26,062 nt of DNA from a virus (lineage: Duplodnaviria; Caudoviricetes): IMG/VR virus record IMGVR_UViG_3300020414_000261, positions 1-26,062 of that record; one strand, written 5' to 3'. Under the pieces are notes generated by a model. That model was not told the DNA's origin. It worked only from the letters and a program-made list of their open reading frames with translations, and ran no database searches. Position numbers and translations under genes: made by a program. This document shows, piece after piece, positions 14,355 to 24,166 of the stretch. The stretch's first letter is position 1. The number at the start of each line of letters is the position of its first letter.

Positions 14355-14771
14355 TTATCTCCCATCGTTATTCATTGGGCGTCTTGCTATAAATTCTAAT
14401 GTGTTTTCTAAAGTTTTTACTCTAGCTTGCAATTTTACGATTTGATTGAATTGGAGAATAAAACCTTCTTGCGTTTCATACACATCCTCAAATTCGGTGT
14501 ATACGTCTTCCAAGGTTTCTTCACCTTCTTCTTCTAAAGAAATTACATAATCTATCAATTCTTCTATTCGTTCTGTATTTTCTTCCACATCCCGAATTAA
14601 ATTAGTGCGATCAGTTGCGTTGTTTTCTATTGTAAGAGTTTCAACCTGTTCAGTAAGACTTTCTATAATTGATGCTTGTGAACTTGCATACCATATGCCA
14701 CCGCCAATCGTAGAGACTATCGCGACCACCGCACTCGCAGCAACAGCAATATTTACCTTGGGCAGATCCAT
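14355..14771 (-). CDS. N-terminal TM + acidic coiled-coil protein (i-spanin-like topology)
   Basis: Hydrophobic residues 8-29 followed by heptad pattern. Confidence 0.65.
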   Translation of the reverse strand: MDLPKVNIAVAASAVVAIVSTIGGGIWYASSQASIIESLTEQVETLTIENNATDRTNLIRDVEENTERIEELIDYVISLEEEGEETLEDVYTEFEDVYETQEGFILQFNQIVKLQARVKTLENTLEFIARRPMNNDGR

Positions 14772-15047
14772 TTAGTAACCGTTAGCCACCAACTTACTAA
14801 ACTCACCTGACATTAATTTTTTCTTAATGTAAGCGTTCAGTTCTGGGCTACCTAATTTTGCACCGCATTCCTTCATCCACATTTCGATAACAACAAACGG
14901 TATTGACCCCGCAAGCCTCATATCTGATTTGCGATTGTGACCGTCAATATTACGCTCTTTGTTAAAATCTAAAATGCGCTGAATATCCTGACTACGGTTA
15001 ATTACAATTTTACCATCTTCGTCAAAATATTTTGTTGCAACACTCAT
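14772..15047 (-). CDS. conserved capsid-region phage protein
   Basis: QDIQRILD.NK...MRLAGSIP.VVIE.W motif seen downstream of MCP in this phage type. Confidence 0.75.
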   Translation of the reverse strand: MSVATKYFDEDGKIVINRSQDIQRILDFNKERNIDGHNRKSDMRLAGSIPFVVIEMWMKECGAKLGSPELNAYIKKKLMSGEFSKLVANGY

Positions 15048-15313
15048 TTTTTAGCTTTCTTTTTCTTTGCTTTTTTAGATGGCCCTTTACCGTCTTCCCA
15101 CGCTTCATTAACATCTGGTGTTGTGGGGTCGTCTGCTTTGAGTTTACCCGTTGCAGTTCTGGCACGTTTTGGTTTTGATGCACCCAACTCTAATGCAAAA
15201 CCCGCTTGTAACAAAATTGCGCCCTCGGCTGCGTCAACTTCTATTTCGTCACCATTGTTTGCAGGCGCACCATTAACAAAAGGTTTTCTATCAGTTGTTA
15301 TTTTTACTTTCAT
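15044..15313 (-). CDS. small capsid-associated protein with Lys-rich tail, 89 aa
   Basis: GGAGG RBS before ATG 15313; RAR...G...ADDP.TPDVNEAW motif. Confidence 0.75.
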   Translation of the reverse strand: MKVKITTDRKPFVNGAPANNGDEIEVDAAEGAILLQAGFALELGASKPKRARTATGKLKADDPTTPDVNEAWEDGKGPSKKAKKKKAKK

Positions 15314-15330
15314 AATGTCCTCCGTAGTGA

Positions 15331-15348
15331 TGGGGCATTTCTGCCCCA
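15331..15348 (-). other. GAAA-tetraloop hairpin after MCP stop (mRNA stability/attenuation)
   Basis: TGGGGCA-GAAA-TGCCCCA, no U tract. Confidence 0.6.
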
Positions 15349-15355
15349 CCTAATT

Positions 15356-16348
15356 TTATGATGCGTTGATATCTGCTACGATACCGTGTGCCTTTTGCGA
15401 AGTAACTTGCAAGCCATACTCACAAGAAATTAGTCTACGCTCAGACAAACCAGTTTTCGCTAACGGCTCTTGCTTCGCAGTTTGCAAGTAAGCAACTTCT
15501 GCATATGAAGGGTCAAGCACTAGAACGTCTGGAGTGTAATCTACACTGCTTACTGTTCTAACACGCATATGACGGTTTGGTACGATTTGAACCTCTCCGA
15601 AGTCGCTAACATATACGTCAATCGCTGCATTTAGCTTGCTGTCCTCGGCCTCTTTGAAACGTGTTGCGTTACCAGTAAAGGTTGAGATTTTTTGCTTTTG
15701 CGCTGAACCACACATAACAATTTTAGGTGTAGCCCCTGAGTTCCAACAATCAGCAATCACGCCCTTGAGTAGAGCCTCAGTGATAGGACGAAGTGTCCCA
15801 TCTGTTGCTGCAGCATCAACATGACCCGCTTCCCCTGTTCCTGACGTTGTTCCGTTAGCACCAGAAGCACCACGAGACACGTTAGTAGTAAGATAAGCAG
15901 GCAGACCCGCAGTCTGTCTAGCAGTACCAGAAGCACCTGCGTTTGCCGCCACGTTGTCTAGAAGCATTGCCTCCATGTCACGTTTTAACTCGCTCAGTTT
16001 GTAAGCAACTTGTTTTGCAACTGTTTGAGCATTTGCAACGCCGTTAACAGCTTGGTTGGTTGAAGATACTTCGACCACTTTCGCTGAAATTTGCGTGTAT
16101 CCGCCTTTTCTTACGGCATTTGTTGGAGCAGTATTTGAAAGTCCAACGTCGCCTTCGATTTGGCGGTTCGCACCAGTTGCCGCTAAGTCAACTTCACTCC
16201 ACTCGAAAAAAGTGTTGTCAACATTGCGTGTTCCGATACTTGACATCAGCAAAGTTTCGGTTGGCGTTATCGAAGCCATTGCCTCCGATAAATCCTCTCT
16301 TATTGTCGAAACATCGTATGTTTCGTTTGTGTTGGCAGTTACGGCCAT
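15356..16348 (-). CDS. major capsid protein (DUF5309/SU10 MCP type, HK97 fold)
   Basis: REDLS...I.P.ETP-like, EW..D.L, YTQI..K...VS, ELKRDME, IDVYVSDFG.V.IVPNR, LAKTG, EYGL motifs. Confidence 0.93.
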   Translation of the reverse strand: MAVTANTNETYDVSTIREDLSEAMASITPTETLLMSSIGTRNVDNTFFEWSEVDLAATGANRQIEGDVGLSNTAPTNAVRKGGYTQISAKVVEVSSTNQAVNGVANAQTVAKQVAYKLSELKRDMEAMLLDNVAANAGASGTARQTAGLPAYLTTNVSRGASGANGTTSGTGEAGHVDAAATDGTLRPITEALLKGVIADCWNSGATPKIVMCGSAQKQKISTFTGNATRFKEAEDSKLNAAIDVYVSDFGEVQIVPNRHMRVRTVSSVDYTPDVLVLDPSYAEVAYLQTAKQEPLAKTGLSERRLISCEYGLQVTSQKAHGIVADINAS

Positions 16349-16363
16349 GATAGTGTCCTTTCT

Positions 16364-17365
16364 TTAAGACAAGAGAAATTTAGCAACGTCATCAACGCTG
16401 CCCGACTTTTGCATCGAAGAACGTGCTTGCTTTTGTTTCATGACTTTAGTTGAACTAGCTGTTTTTTTCGCACCCGCTTTGACCATTGGTCTTGCACCTT
16501 TAGTCTTTTCAACAACTTTTTTAGATGTTTGCAGTTTGCGATAGGCTACGGCATCACGCATAATCTTGAATTCCCATGTATGTTTTAAACTGCCAAGAAT
16601 TTGCGGAGGAACTTGATAATATTCTACTGCCACAGTTTGAATATCTTCTAAAAGCTGTTTGCCTTTTTCAGGGTCATTCAACTCTGGCATTTCCTTTCGC
16701 AAAAGATCAGCCTGTTCAGATGCATACTTTTGTTCTTCTTGAATACGCAGTTGTTCGTCAGCTGCAAGTTGTTCATCAGCTTTCGCTTTAAACTCCTCAT
16801 ATGCAGTTACGTTTTGCCGATATTCTTCCATTGCCTCTAAATAACCAAAAGGGTCACTTTCTTGAAGTTCCTTTGAAGGCATTATAGGTTTTTGCGGAAC
16901 GTCACCGTTTTCAATAGCTTGCAAAAAATCATTCAACTTTGCACGATCTTGTTGCATTGTTTGGGTAAGTTGCTCTAGTTCTTTTTTAACCTTTGCATTT
17001 TGTTCCATACCCTTTTGGATGTAGTCTTGTCCTGCGGCACTTCGCTTTAGCTCCCCTATGGTTGCCTTCTTAATTTCACCATCGCTTTTATACTCAAGTT
17101 CAATATCATCAGAAAGTTCTAGGGGAACGGCTTCGTCGTCATTTAGCCCATCCTCATCCACGATTTCTTCTACTTCATCGCTTTCGTGGTCAGCGACATC
17201 CTCGCTCTCGGCTACTTCTACCGTTTCTTCAGTCTCAGTGTCCTGAGGTTCCTCAATAACTGCTTCAGCAACTTCGTCCAGATTATCTTCTAATTTTTGC
17301 GGCGGTTCAGATATTAAACTTGCAATATCGTCTATACTGCCTGTGTTAGGTTCAGTGCTGCTCAT
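16364..17365 (-). CDS. capsid scaffolding protein
   Basis: Acidic N-terminus, DGE....T..EL......QDY motif, coiled coil, basic C-terminus ending KSGSVDD; directly upstream of MCP. Confidence 0.85.
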   Translation of the reverse strand: MSSTEPNTGSIDDIASLISEPPQKLEDNLDEVAEAVIEEPQDTETEETVEVAESEDVADHESDEVEEIVDEDGLNDDEAVPLELSDDIELEYKSDGEIKKATIGELKRSAAGQDYIQKGMEQNAKVKKELEQLTQTMQQDRAKLNDFLQAIENGDVPQKPIMPSKELQESDPFGYLEAMEEYRQNVTAYEEFKAKADEQLAADEQLRIQEEQKYASEQADLLRKEMPELNDPEKGKQLLEDIQTVAVEYYQVPPQILGSLKHTWEFKIMRDAVAYRKLQTSKKVVEKTKGARPMVKAGAKKTASSTKVMKQKQARSSMQKSGSVDDVAKFLLS

Positions 17366-17603
17366 GAGCGTCCCTTGCCTTTCGTTCTATGAGTTTTTCA
17401 GCGTCTACATCCGCCCTTAGTAAAAACTCAATTTCATTTAACGCCCGATAAATGGCGTGAGCATCCTCACGTTTTTCCACCTCTGACGCACTCGTATTCG
17501 CAATAAGACGTAATTGGTCTTCTCGCAAATCCTTCATAATGCCCTGAAATTCTTCGTTTCCTAACAAATTTCTGGCTCTAATAGCTCGTTTCTTGTAATC
17601 CAT
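17352..17603 (-). CDS. small helical protein between portal and scaffold
   Basis: 83 aa, ARNLL..EEF...REDAH pattern, overlaps both neighbours. Confidence 0.75.
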   Translation of the reverse strand: MDYKKRAIRARNLLGNEEFQGIMKDLREDQLRLIANTSASEVEKREDAHAIYRALNEIEFLLRADVDAEKLIERKARDAHEQH

Positions 17604-19725
17604 CCATCATTTCTTTGTTGTGTGGTCTTACTTTATCTTGTTCGGCTTTTATTGCTGTTGTGTCAACTGCCGTTTCATATTTCCCTAATATTTCAGCTAC
17701 CCTTACGGCTAAATCTTGCACCATTTCGTCACGCTGCAAATCATCTTTCATTGCTAACTCATGCATTCTAAATTCATTGTCACTAGCCATTTTTTGTGCA
17801 TCTAACTGTAGTTTTGCCATGTCAACTTGCGCTCTTGTTTGTGCTTTCATTTGCTCAGTTGCCATAAATGCTTGGTTTGGATCTGTTTGCTGTTGACCTT
17901 GTTGCATCATTTGCTGTTGCTGTTCTGCTTCTAGTTTTTTCTGATTAATTAATTGTTGTTCACTTTCTTGAGTAACAGGCAAATAATAACGATCTGTATT
18001 TCTTAATCCGACACTATTTAATAAATCAGCTAATGTATTTCTGACATTTGTCATTGTAACTAAACCATTTGTTGGACCGTATTGCTGCCAAACACTCATT
18101 TGCATTTGTAATGTTTCTCGCAGAACAGCAGATTTTTCAGCTTCACGTCCTGTTCCTATACCAACATTTACCATCATATCGGCATCTGCATTCCAACTTT
18201 TCGGGTCAACTGACACAAATTCATTATTAAGTCTGATAATTTCTTCCTTATCTGTATTATTAATTATGCAGTTTGCTATCAGTTTAAAAAGTCTTCTCAT
18301 GCCACCTTCAGCTAAATTTCTCGATATCACTTCTGCTTGACCGGCTGCCCCTTGCATCGTTGCTGCAATAGCTGTTGCACTTGCTGATTGCAAAACATCA
18401 GCATTTAAACCCTGTGAGGCTCTACTGACACCTGTTTTATTTTCAACTAGACTGTCAAAGTATTGTAGTGCAGGAAGTGTTGACCCCGCTGTAAAAGGAA
18501 CAACTTGTTCACGAATAGCACCCTGCTGTTTAACGCGAACAATTCTACCAATTTCATTATTTAACAAATCATCTACTGAAACCTGTCCATCTACTATTTC
18601 AAGTCCGGGATTATTTGTTAATGCAACATTGTCTAAAACACCTCTTAGCATAGAAGTTGCTGCATCTTGATCATCCATTACGAGGTCAACTAAACTGCTA
18701 CCAAAAAAAGCATGGGGTTCTGGATCTACTTCAAAAATAGCAAAAGGTACTTGTTCAGCTAATTCACAAGATAAAACCTTATAATGTGAGCCGCCCAGAA
18801 TAAACTGATACATTAAAGGTTTGCCAGTACCTTCTTTGTCCAATTTCATGTAAGCTTCCGTTACAACAACCTTTCTACTTGTTGGGTCTGTGCTTTCGTC
18901 ATCATCTTCATCAACAGCATAGTTTCTGCGTTCAAACTCACTTTCAGCTTCAAAAGTTGCCATGTCACCTTGAAGATTATGCACCTCCTCATGATCAAAA
19001 CCCATTGCAAGCAAATCACCAATGGTCATATCTGTTCTATGACCAATTACAAAAAAGTCATCTATGCTTCGTGCGTTTCTATCAACAAAAAATTCTTCAG
19101 GCGGTATAGATGTTATAGAAATATCACCTTGTGTTTTTAGTCTGCTAATTTTTACATCATGAATAACAGTTTCAACTTCTAAACCTTCTTCGTCTTCTGT
19201 TGACGCTTCAACTATTTTTGTATGCTCTATCACTGTTACTTCATCAGGCTCTATTAAATAGTTAAATTCTTCATCTGTTAAATTTCTAAATTCATGTATT
19301 TCGCTTTTTGACATATCCTCATACATGACTTTTGCTATGCCTGTTTTCTTAACCATAGCATCCTGAAAAACATCATTTAGCAGCCTATAACCGTCGTTTT
19401 GCATAAATTTATAATTTGCAAATTTTGTCATCTGTTCACACATTTGAACATCTTCTGGCATTCTCGGGACAAATTCCACAACGTTTTCAGTGCTTAGAAA
19501 AACACGCTGAATTGATGGTTTTAAACTTTTAACAACTTCTCGACATTTAGTTGCAACAACTCTAGACCGACCATCCTCGTAACCTATATCAACCTCGCCA
19601 TCATAGTAGCGTTGTGATTTTAAGCGCGGTTCAGTAATTTCTGCTTCTATAAAATCGACCGCATCTTCAACAGCTTTTTGAATAATGCCTTGAACTGTTT
19701 CGTCATCCATTGCCTCAATTTTCAT
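17578..19725 (-). CDS. portal protein (P22/BPP-1/SU10 type)
   Basis: YYDGE...GRSRVV, DAMVKKTGIAKV, IPPEEF..D, PH.FFG.S..D, TGVSRASQG; Gln-rich barrel C-terminus. Confidence 0.93.
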   Translation of the reverse strand: MKIEAMDDETVQGIIQKAVEDAVDFIEAEITEPRLKSQRYYDGEVDIGYEDGRSRVVATKCREVVKSLKPSIQRVFLSTENVVEFVPRMPEDVQMCEQMTKFANYKFMQNDGYRLLNDVFQDAMVKKTGIAKVMYEDMSKSEIHEFRNLTDEEFNYLIEPDEVTVIEHTKIVEASTEDEEGLEVETVIHDVKISRLKTQGDISITSIPPEEFFVDRNARSIDDFFVIGHRTDMTIGDLLAMGFDHEEVHNLQGDMATFEAESEFERRNYAVDEDDDESTDPTSRKVVVTEAYMKLDKEGTGKPLMYQFILGGSHYKVLSCELAEQVPFAIFEVDPEPHAFFGSSLVDLVMDDQDAATSMLRGVLDNVALTNNPGLEIVDGQVSVDDLLNNEIGRIVRVKQQGAIREQVVPFTAGSTLPALQYFDSLVENKTGVSRASQGLNADVLQSASATAIAATMQGAAGQAEVISRNLAEGGMRRLFKLIANCIINNTDKEEIIRLNNEFVSVDPKSWNADADMMVNVGIGTGREAEKSAVLRETLQMQMSVWQQYGPTNGLVTMTNVRNTLADLLNSVGLRNTDRYYLPVTQESEQQLINQKKLEAEQQQQMMQQGQQQTDPNQAFMATEQMKAQTRAQVDMAKLQLDAQKMASDNEFRMHELAMKDDLQRDEMVQDLAVRVAEILGKYETAVDTTAIKAEQDKVRPHNKEMMDGLQETSY

Positions 19726-19736
19726 GGTTTATCCTT

Positions 19737-22004
19737 TTAATAATATGCTTGCGGTATTCGGTTGCCACCAAGTTCAGCTGCTCGTTTTTGCATTGGGTCA
19801 AATTCTTCACTTCCACCGACTGCCCCGCCTATTGCTGCCCCGACACTCGGTCTTCTAAACATTTGTGGACTTGCCTCTTCAGCTGCTTCACCCGCTACAA
19901 ATCTTTGAATAGTGTTTAGAAACGGTACACTGCTAACCAAACGTCCCATTCTACTCATATCTAATGCTCTATATAATTGTGATAAAATCCCTGCGGCTGC
20001 ATAAGCTGAATTTGAAGCATTTTTAGTTGTGTCTGTTACCCTTCTTGCTACTGAAGCAAATCGTTTCATCAATTTAATTTCATCAGCTGAAAATAAACCC
20101 CTCATAACTTCTGGATTTTCCTGTGTCATTTTGAATAAAAAGTTACTCATTTTGACACCAGATAATTTTATTTGTGCTGTCCCTGTTTGCGGCATATTTG
20201 CTTGTCTAACAATAGTTGCAAAAGCCTCTTGCCGTATTTGGTTCCAAGCTGCCTCGGGAAGTTCAGCCTTTAATATTCTTAAATCATTTCTTAATTTTGG
20301 TTGTTTAATTAATTTTGTTCCTGACGAATTAAACAAGAAATTTGCTATTTCCGCAGGGTCTTTTTTGAGTTGTAAACTGCCACTATTTGGCTCTACTTCT
20401 GTTAATGTCCTTAGAATACCTTTATCTTTCCAACGTGACGCATAATCTCTATAGTTTGCTATAGCCTTCATTTGTGCAGCTACAGCCTCAGGATTTCCGT
20501 CAAGCAATTTTTGTTCTACCAATCCATCTAATACACTATCTAAAGTGTTTTTTAGCCTTGTTGCAGCTGCTTGTGACGGTGAACCTTTTTGAAAACCATT
20601 AAGTTGCCTTCTGATATCGAACAAGCTTTTGATATCACCGCCAGATGACAGTATTTCATCCATGTCATCTATAAGTTTAGAAACATTTTCTATTTCTGAT
20701 TTAGGAAAGCTGTCGACACTTTTTCTTAAAATATCACTTACTTCCCCTGCGTGTTGTGTCGGTATAAATGCATAACCTTTTTCACCCGCTTCTGTAAAAA
20801 GGTCAGTTGCCCTTCGTTTTTCAGTGCGTCTTATATTATTTAATGTACTTTGAATATTTTCACCGACTTCAATCGTTGACGGTTTTGGCGCACCACCGCC
20901 TAAACTTTCTTCAATAAAACTAACATTCTCATTTATTCTATCAGTTTGTTTTGTCAAAATATCATCAATTTTAGTTTTGTTACTTTCTCCGTAAACACCT
21001 TTTGTAATTGCGTCTTCCATTAATTGATCGCTCGGATTGCCTGACGCTTGCCCTTTTGTAAGTGGAACAGGAACAGGCAGACTTTGTGCTTCTGTGGTTG
21101 CTGCTACAGCTTGACCGTCAACCGACCTACTTGATGCCTCATTTATTTGTTGCGCTAACTTTTCACTAATACCATCAGGGTCTATGCCATTAGACCGCAA
21201 ATCATCTTGCACTGATTTTTTTAAATTACCTGTTGTTTTATCTATAACTGAAAAAGGTTTTGTTTTTAGCTTAGAAACAATTCCTGTTAGCAATTGTGCA
21301 GCCTTGTCCATACCCGCTTTGCCTAATACACCACCTAGACCGCTTAAAGGAATATCAAAAATTTTATAAACGCTACCTGTTAGTCTAGAACTTATTAACT
21401 CAGCCAAACCGCCTTCAGCCATACCAAGCAAAGCAGATCCAAAATAACCGCCCGCAGGAATACCCAAAAGTGCAGCACCGCCCGCAAGAACAGCACCACC
21501 ACCCGCTGCAGCTGTTAATGGAAATAAATCTGTTTTATCTAAACCTTTTGGATTTGGGTAAAATCTAACATATTGACTATCTTTCGGTGTACCTTTTCCT
21601 GTTACTGGTGAAATAACAACTAAATTTCCATATTCATCATTTGTAAAATTAGCATCAGGCAATATTTTTTTAATGCCCCTTCGCAATCTATCGTCACTGG
21701 CTGTTGTTGAAATTAGTGCTGCAAGTTGTGTAGCTTGCCTACCATCTAACGCTAGTTTTTGTGCAGTATTGCCTAGAGCCATTTCCGCAATAGTTGGTAT
21801 AGTGCTATCTCTTTGACCGCCTTTAAACCAATCAGCTGTTCTTTTTAAAAAACCTCTGTCATCTTCTTTTACCTCAGGATCTGGTGCAAGAAAATTTTGC
21901 TCGTCCACTATAGCTTCTAATTCAGCTGTTACTGAAGACGCTTCTTCGCTTTCTGTTTGTTTTATATTGTTTTCTAAAAAATCTATAGCTTGATTAGCGT
22001 CCAT
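19737..22004 (-). CDS. internal virion/DNA ejection protein (large)
   Basis: 755 aa, Gly/Ala-rich hydrophobic segment, VPLTKGQASG motif, helical C-terminus; last gene of ejection cluster. Confidence 0.7.
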   Translation of the reverse strand: MDANQAIDFLENNIKQTESEEASSVTAELEAIVDEQNFLAPDPEVKEDDRGFLKRTADWFKGGQRDSTIPTIAEMALGNTAQKLALDGRQATQLAALISTTASDDRLRRGIKKILPDANFTNDEYGNLVVISPVTGKGTPKDSQYVRFYPNPKGLDKTDLFPLTAAAGGGAVLAGGAALLGIPAGGYFGSALLGMAEGGLAELISSRLTGSVYKIFDIPLSGLGGVLGKAGMDKAAQLLTGIVSKLKTKPFSVIDKTTGNLKKSVQDDLRSNGIDPDGISEKLAQQINEASSRSVDGQAVAATTEAQSLPVPVPLTKGQASGNPSDQLMEDAITKGVYGESNKTKIDDILTKQTDRINENVSFIEESLGGGAPKPSTIEVGENIQSTLNNIRRTEKRRATDLFTEAGEKGYAFIPTQHAGEVSDILRKSVDSFPKSEIENVSKLIDDMDEILSSGGDIKSLFDIRRQLNGFQKGSPSQAAATRLKNTLDSVLDGLVEQKLLDGNPEAVAAQMKAIANYRDYASRWKDKGILRTLTEVEPNSGSLQLKKDPAEIANFLFNSSGTKLIKQPKLRNDLRILKAELPEAAWNQIRQEAFATIVRQANMPQTGTAQIKLSGVKMSNFLFKMTQENPEVMRGLFSADEIKLMKRFASVARRVTDTTKNASNSAYAAAGILSQLYRALDMSRMGRLVSSVPFLNTIQRFVAGEAAEEASPQMFRRPSVGAAIGGAVGGSEEFDPMQKRAAELGGNRIPQAYY

Positions 22005-22015
22005 ATTATTTTTCC

Positions 22016-23476
22016 TTAGTCTGGCGACCGTTTAGCTTTTATAGCTTGCAGTAATTGCGCTTGTTGTGTTTGACTTAATGTAACCGTTCTGTCTTTAAAA
22101 TCTTGCGCTAATTTTAACAAATCATCTAAACTTTTTGTCATGTAAGGGTTATCAGCATTAGCTTGTTCACGATTTTCAATTTGCTGTTTTAGATATCCTT
22201 CTAAAGTATTTCCAGATGCTGAAAGATAGATTGCCGCTTGTTCTAATGCATTTCTTGCAGCTAATTGTGTTCTTCGTTTTTTAAGTAACCATTCTTTAAG
22301 TGGACCGGGCGATAAATCTGGCGGCGCAGATGTTGCTATAGCAAATTTCATTTCAGCTTCAGATAGTGCGCCAAATGTTGCAGCTGCAATAGTTGTCAAA
22401 CCCATTGCATTCATCGCTGTTGTTAAGTCGGCTGAAGCTTGAGTGATGTTTGGAAGATAATTTTCAAAAAATCCTGAAAGACCACCGGCATCTATTGCTC
22501 CAATAGCAGTATCAATATTCGTAATGGAATCGTTTACAACTTTAATATCATCGAAAATTTTACCTGCTTTTTCAGCTGTAATTTGCCCTAATTTTTTACC
22601 CGCCGCAGTTTCTTGGTCAAATTTTTGTTTTTTAGCATTTGACGCATCTATATAGTCTTGCGCTTCCTGTCCTTTTAAAATTTGATTATTAGTGTCTTTT
22701 ACTATAAATTGACCGTCCCTAGTAACAATCATAGTGCCACCACCAAATAACGCTGTTGAAGATTGCACATTACCGTCAGTTCCTAAACCTTCATCGCTTC
22801 TATACTGGTCTAATATTTCTTTTGCAGGCATACCCATTCTGATAGCATCAGCATATTTTTTGCCGTTAGGTAATGTGTCTAAATACCTTGCGGTTGCATT
22901 TGCTTCAGCTTTCTTAACACCTGTTGCAATTTCTTGTGTAGCTTGCTCATTTAATCTTCTACCGATATTTGTTCTGCTAAAATTTGTCAGTGTTTGTCGT
23001 GTTCTAGGATCTCTAAGAAAACCCATCAAACCACCTTGTCGTTGTTGCATTTGTTGCATTTGAAATGGGTTCATATTTTTTGCTCCTTCTGACGTTTCTT
23101 TCGGACCTTTGTAGCCTGCCCAAGCCTTCGTTCCTTGTGTACTATATATCCACTTTCCTATTTTATCTTGAAGACTTTTTGTTAGTTTTTCATCACCTGA
23201 TAAATTTAATTTTTCTTTTGCATCTCTTAATGTTCTGCCAACTATTTGATATGCACCCATCGGGGTAGCGATTTGACCGTTATTTTTACTTGCAACATAT
23301 CTAGCATAGTTTCCTGTTGGATCTGCAAATGAAAGTGCTTCATCAACGGTCATATCTGTTAATTTTACATTGCTGAAAATACCGCCTTCTCTGTTTTGAT
23401 AATTAAAAAGTGCATCATAATCACCGCCGCTTTCTCCATCAAATATGCCTTGTTGTACGGTTTCCCATGTTATCAT
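22016..23476 (-). CDS. ejection protein with N-terminal lysozyme-like (lytic transglycosylase) domain
   Basis: ESGGDY.A...MTVDEA...GAYQIV..TL...QD..G...W.G; C-terminal P22 gp20-like FGALSEAE motif. Confidence 0.8.
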   Translation of the reverse strand: MITWETVQQGIFDGESGGDYDALFNYQNREGGIFSNVKLTDMTVDEALSFADPTGNYARYVASKNNGQIATPMGAYQIVGRTLRDAKEKLNLSGDEKLTKSLQDKIGKWIYSTQGTKAWAGYKGPKETSEGAKNMNPFQMQQMQQRQGGLMGFLRDPRTRQTLTNFSRTNIGRRLNEQATQEIATGVKKAEANATARYLDTLPNGKKYADAIRMGMPAKEILDQYRSDEGLGTDGNVQSSTALFGGGTMIVTRDGQFIVKDTNNQILKGQEAQDYIDASNAKKQKFDQETAAGKKLGQITAEKAGKIFDDIKVVNDSITNIDTAIGAIDAGGLSGFFENYLPNITQASADLTTAMNAMGLTTIAAATFGALSEAEMKFAIATSAPPDLSPGPLKEWLLKKRRTQLAARNALEQAAIYLSASGNTLEGYLKQQIENREQANADNPYMTKSLDDLLKLAQDFKDRTVTLSQTQQAQLLQAIKAKRSPD

Positions 23477-23480
23477 AAAA

Positions 23481-24155
23481 TTAAAAACTCACTGCCGAGA
23501 ATGGGTTAAACCCGCCAAAAGGCAAGCTTCCTATGCCTGATAAAATGTCAAACAAACCGGGAGTTTCTCTTTGTAAAACATTCATCCTTGGTTGACCGCC
23601 AAAAATACTTGAATAAAAACTTAAATTTTCTCTTGGATATCCTAAGTTCGCTAGTGTTTGCGCTCTTGCAGCGTCTAATAGCTGTTGCTGTTGCCGCATT
23701 GCCATATCACTAGCACGTTGTTGTTGTTGAATGCCAAAGCGACCCTGACCAAACATTTGATTGCCAAGATTTTGCAAATTTTGTGCGCCTTGCTGTCTGT
23801 AACCCATGTCCCGCTGTGCTAAGTTTTGTGCATTGTTAAAACCTTGCATTCTTTGTGCAGCTGCCATATCTAGCGCATTTTTATCATATTCTGCATTTGT
23901 CATTGCATCTACTAGAGCAGACCGTGAACCGCCATATGCATTTGCACTTTCTGCCTGTGCGCCACGATTGTTGATAGCAATTTGCCTTGCTCGTTCATTA
24001 TCAGCCTGCGCTCGATTTATAACATCATCAATATATGGGTTCATAAAATCTTGATATGCTGTAGGATTTAAACCTTGTGTAGCCATGTTATTATAAACAT
24101 TGCCTGCTGTTTGTTGTGCATTTTGTGCCTGTTGAAATATGTTGTCACCAATCAT
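23481..24155 (-). CDS. DNA transfer/ejection protein (Gln/Ala-rich, P22 gp7-like)
   Basis: FMNPY.DDVI, AYGGSR motifs, Gly-rich amphipathic C-terminus. Confidence 0.75.
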   Translation of the reverse strand: MIGDNIFQQAQNAQQTAGNVYNNMATQGLNPTAYQDFMNPYIDDVINRAQADNERARQIAINNRGAQAESANAYGGSRSALVDAMTNAEYDKNALDMAAAQRMQGFNNAQNLAQRDMGYRQQGAQNLQNLGNQMFGQGRFGIQQQQRASDMAMRQQQQLLDAARAQTLANLGYPRENLSFYSSIFGGQPRMNVLQRETPGLFDILSGIGSLPFGGFNPFSAVSF

Positions 24156-24166
24156 AATTTTACCCT

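Noticed and set aside
15314-15358. Stop-codon readthrough from MCP into the in-frame downstream gene (T7 10B-like extension)
   Set aside because: Two in-frame stops (TAA, then TAG two codons later), no slippery sequence, and the downstream gene has its own GGAGG RBS
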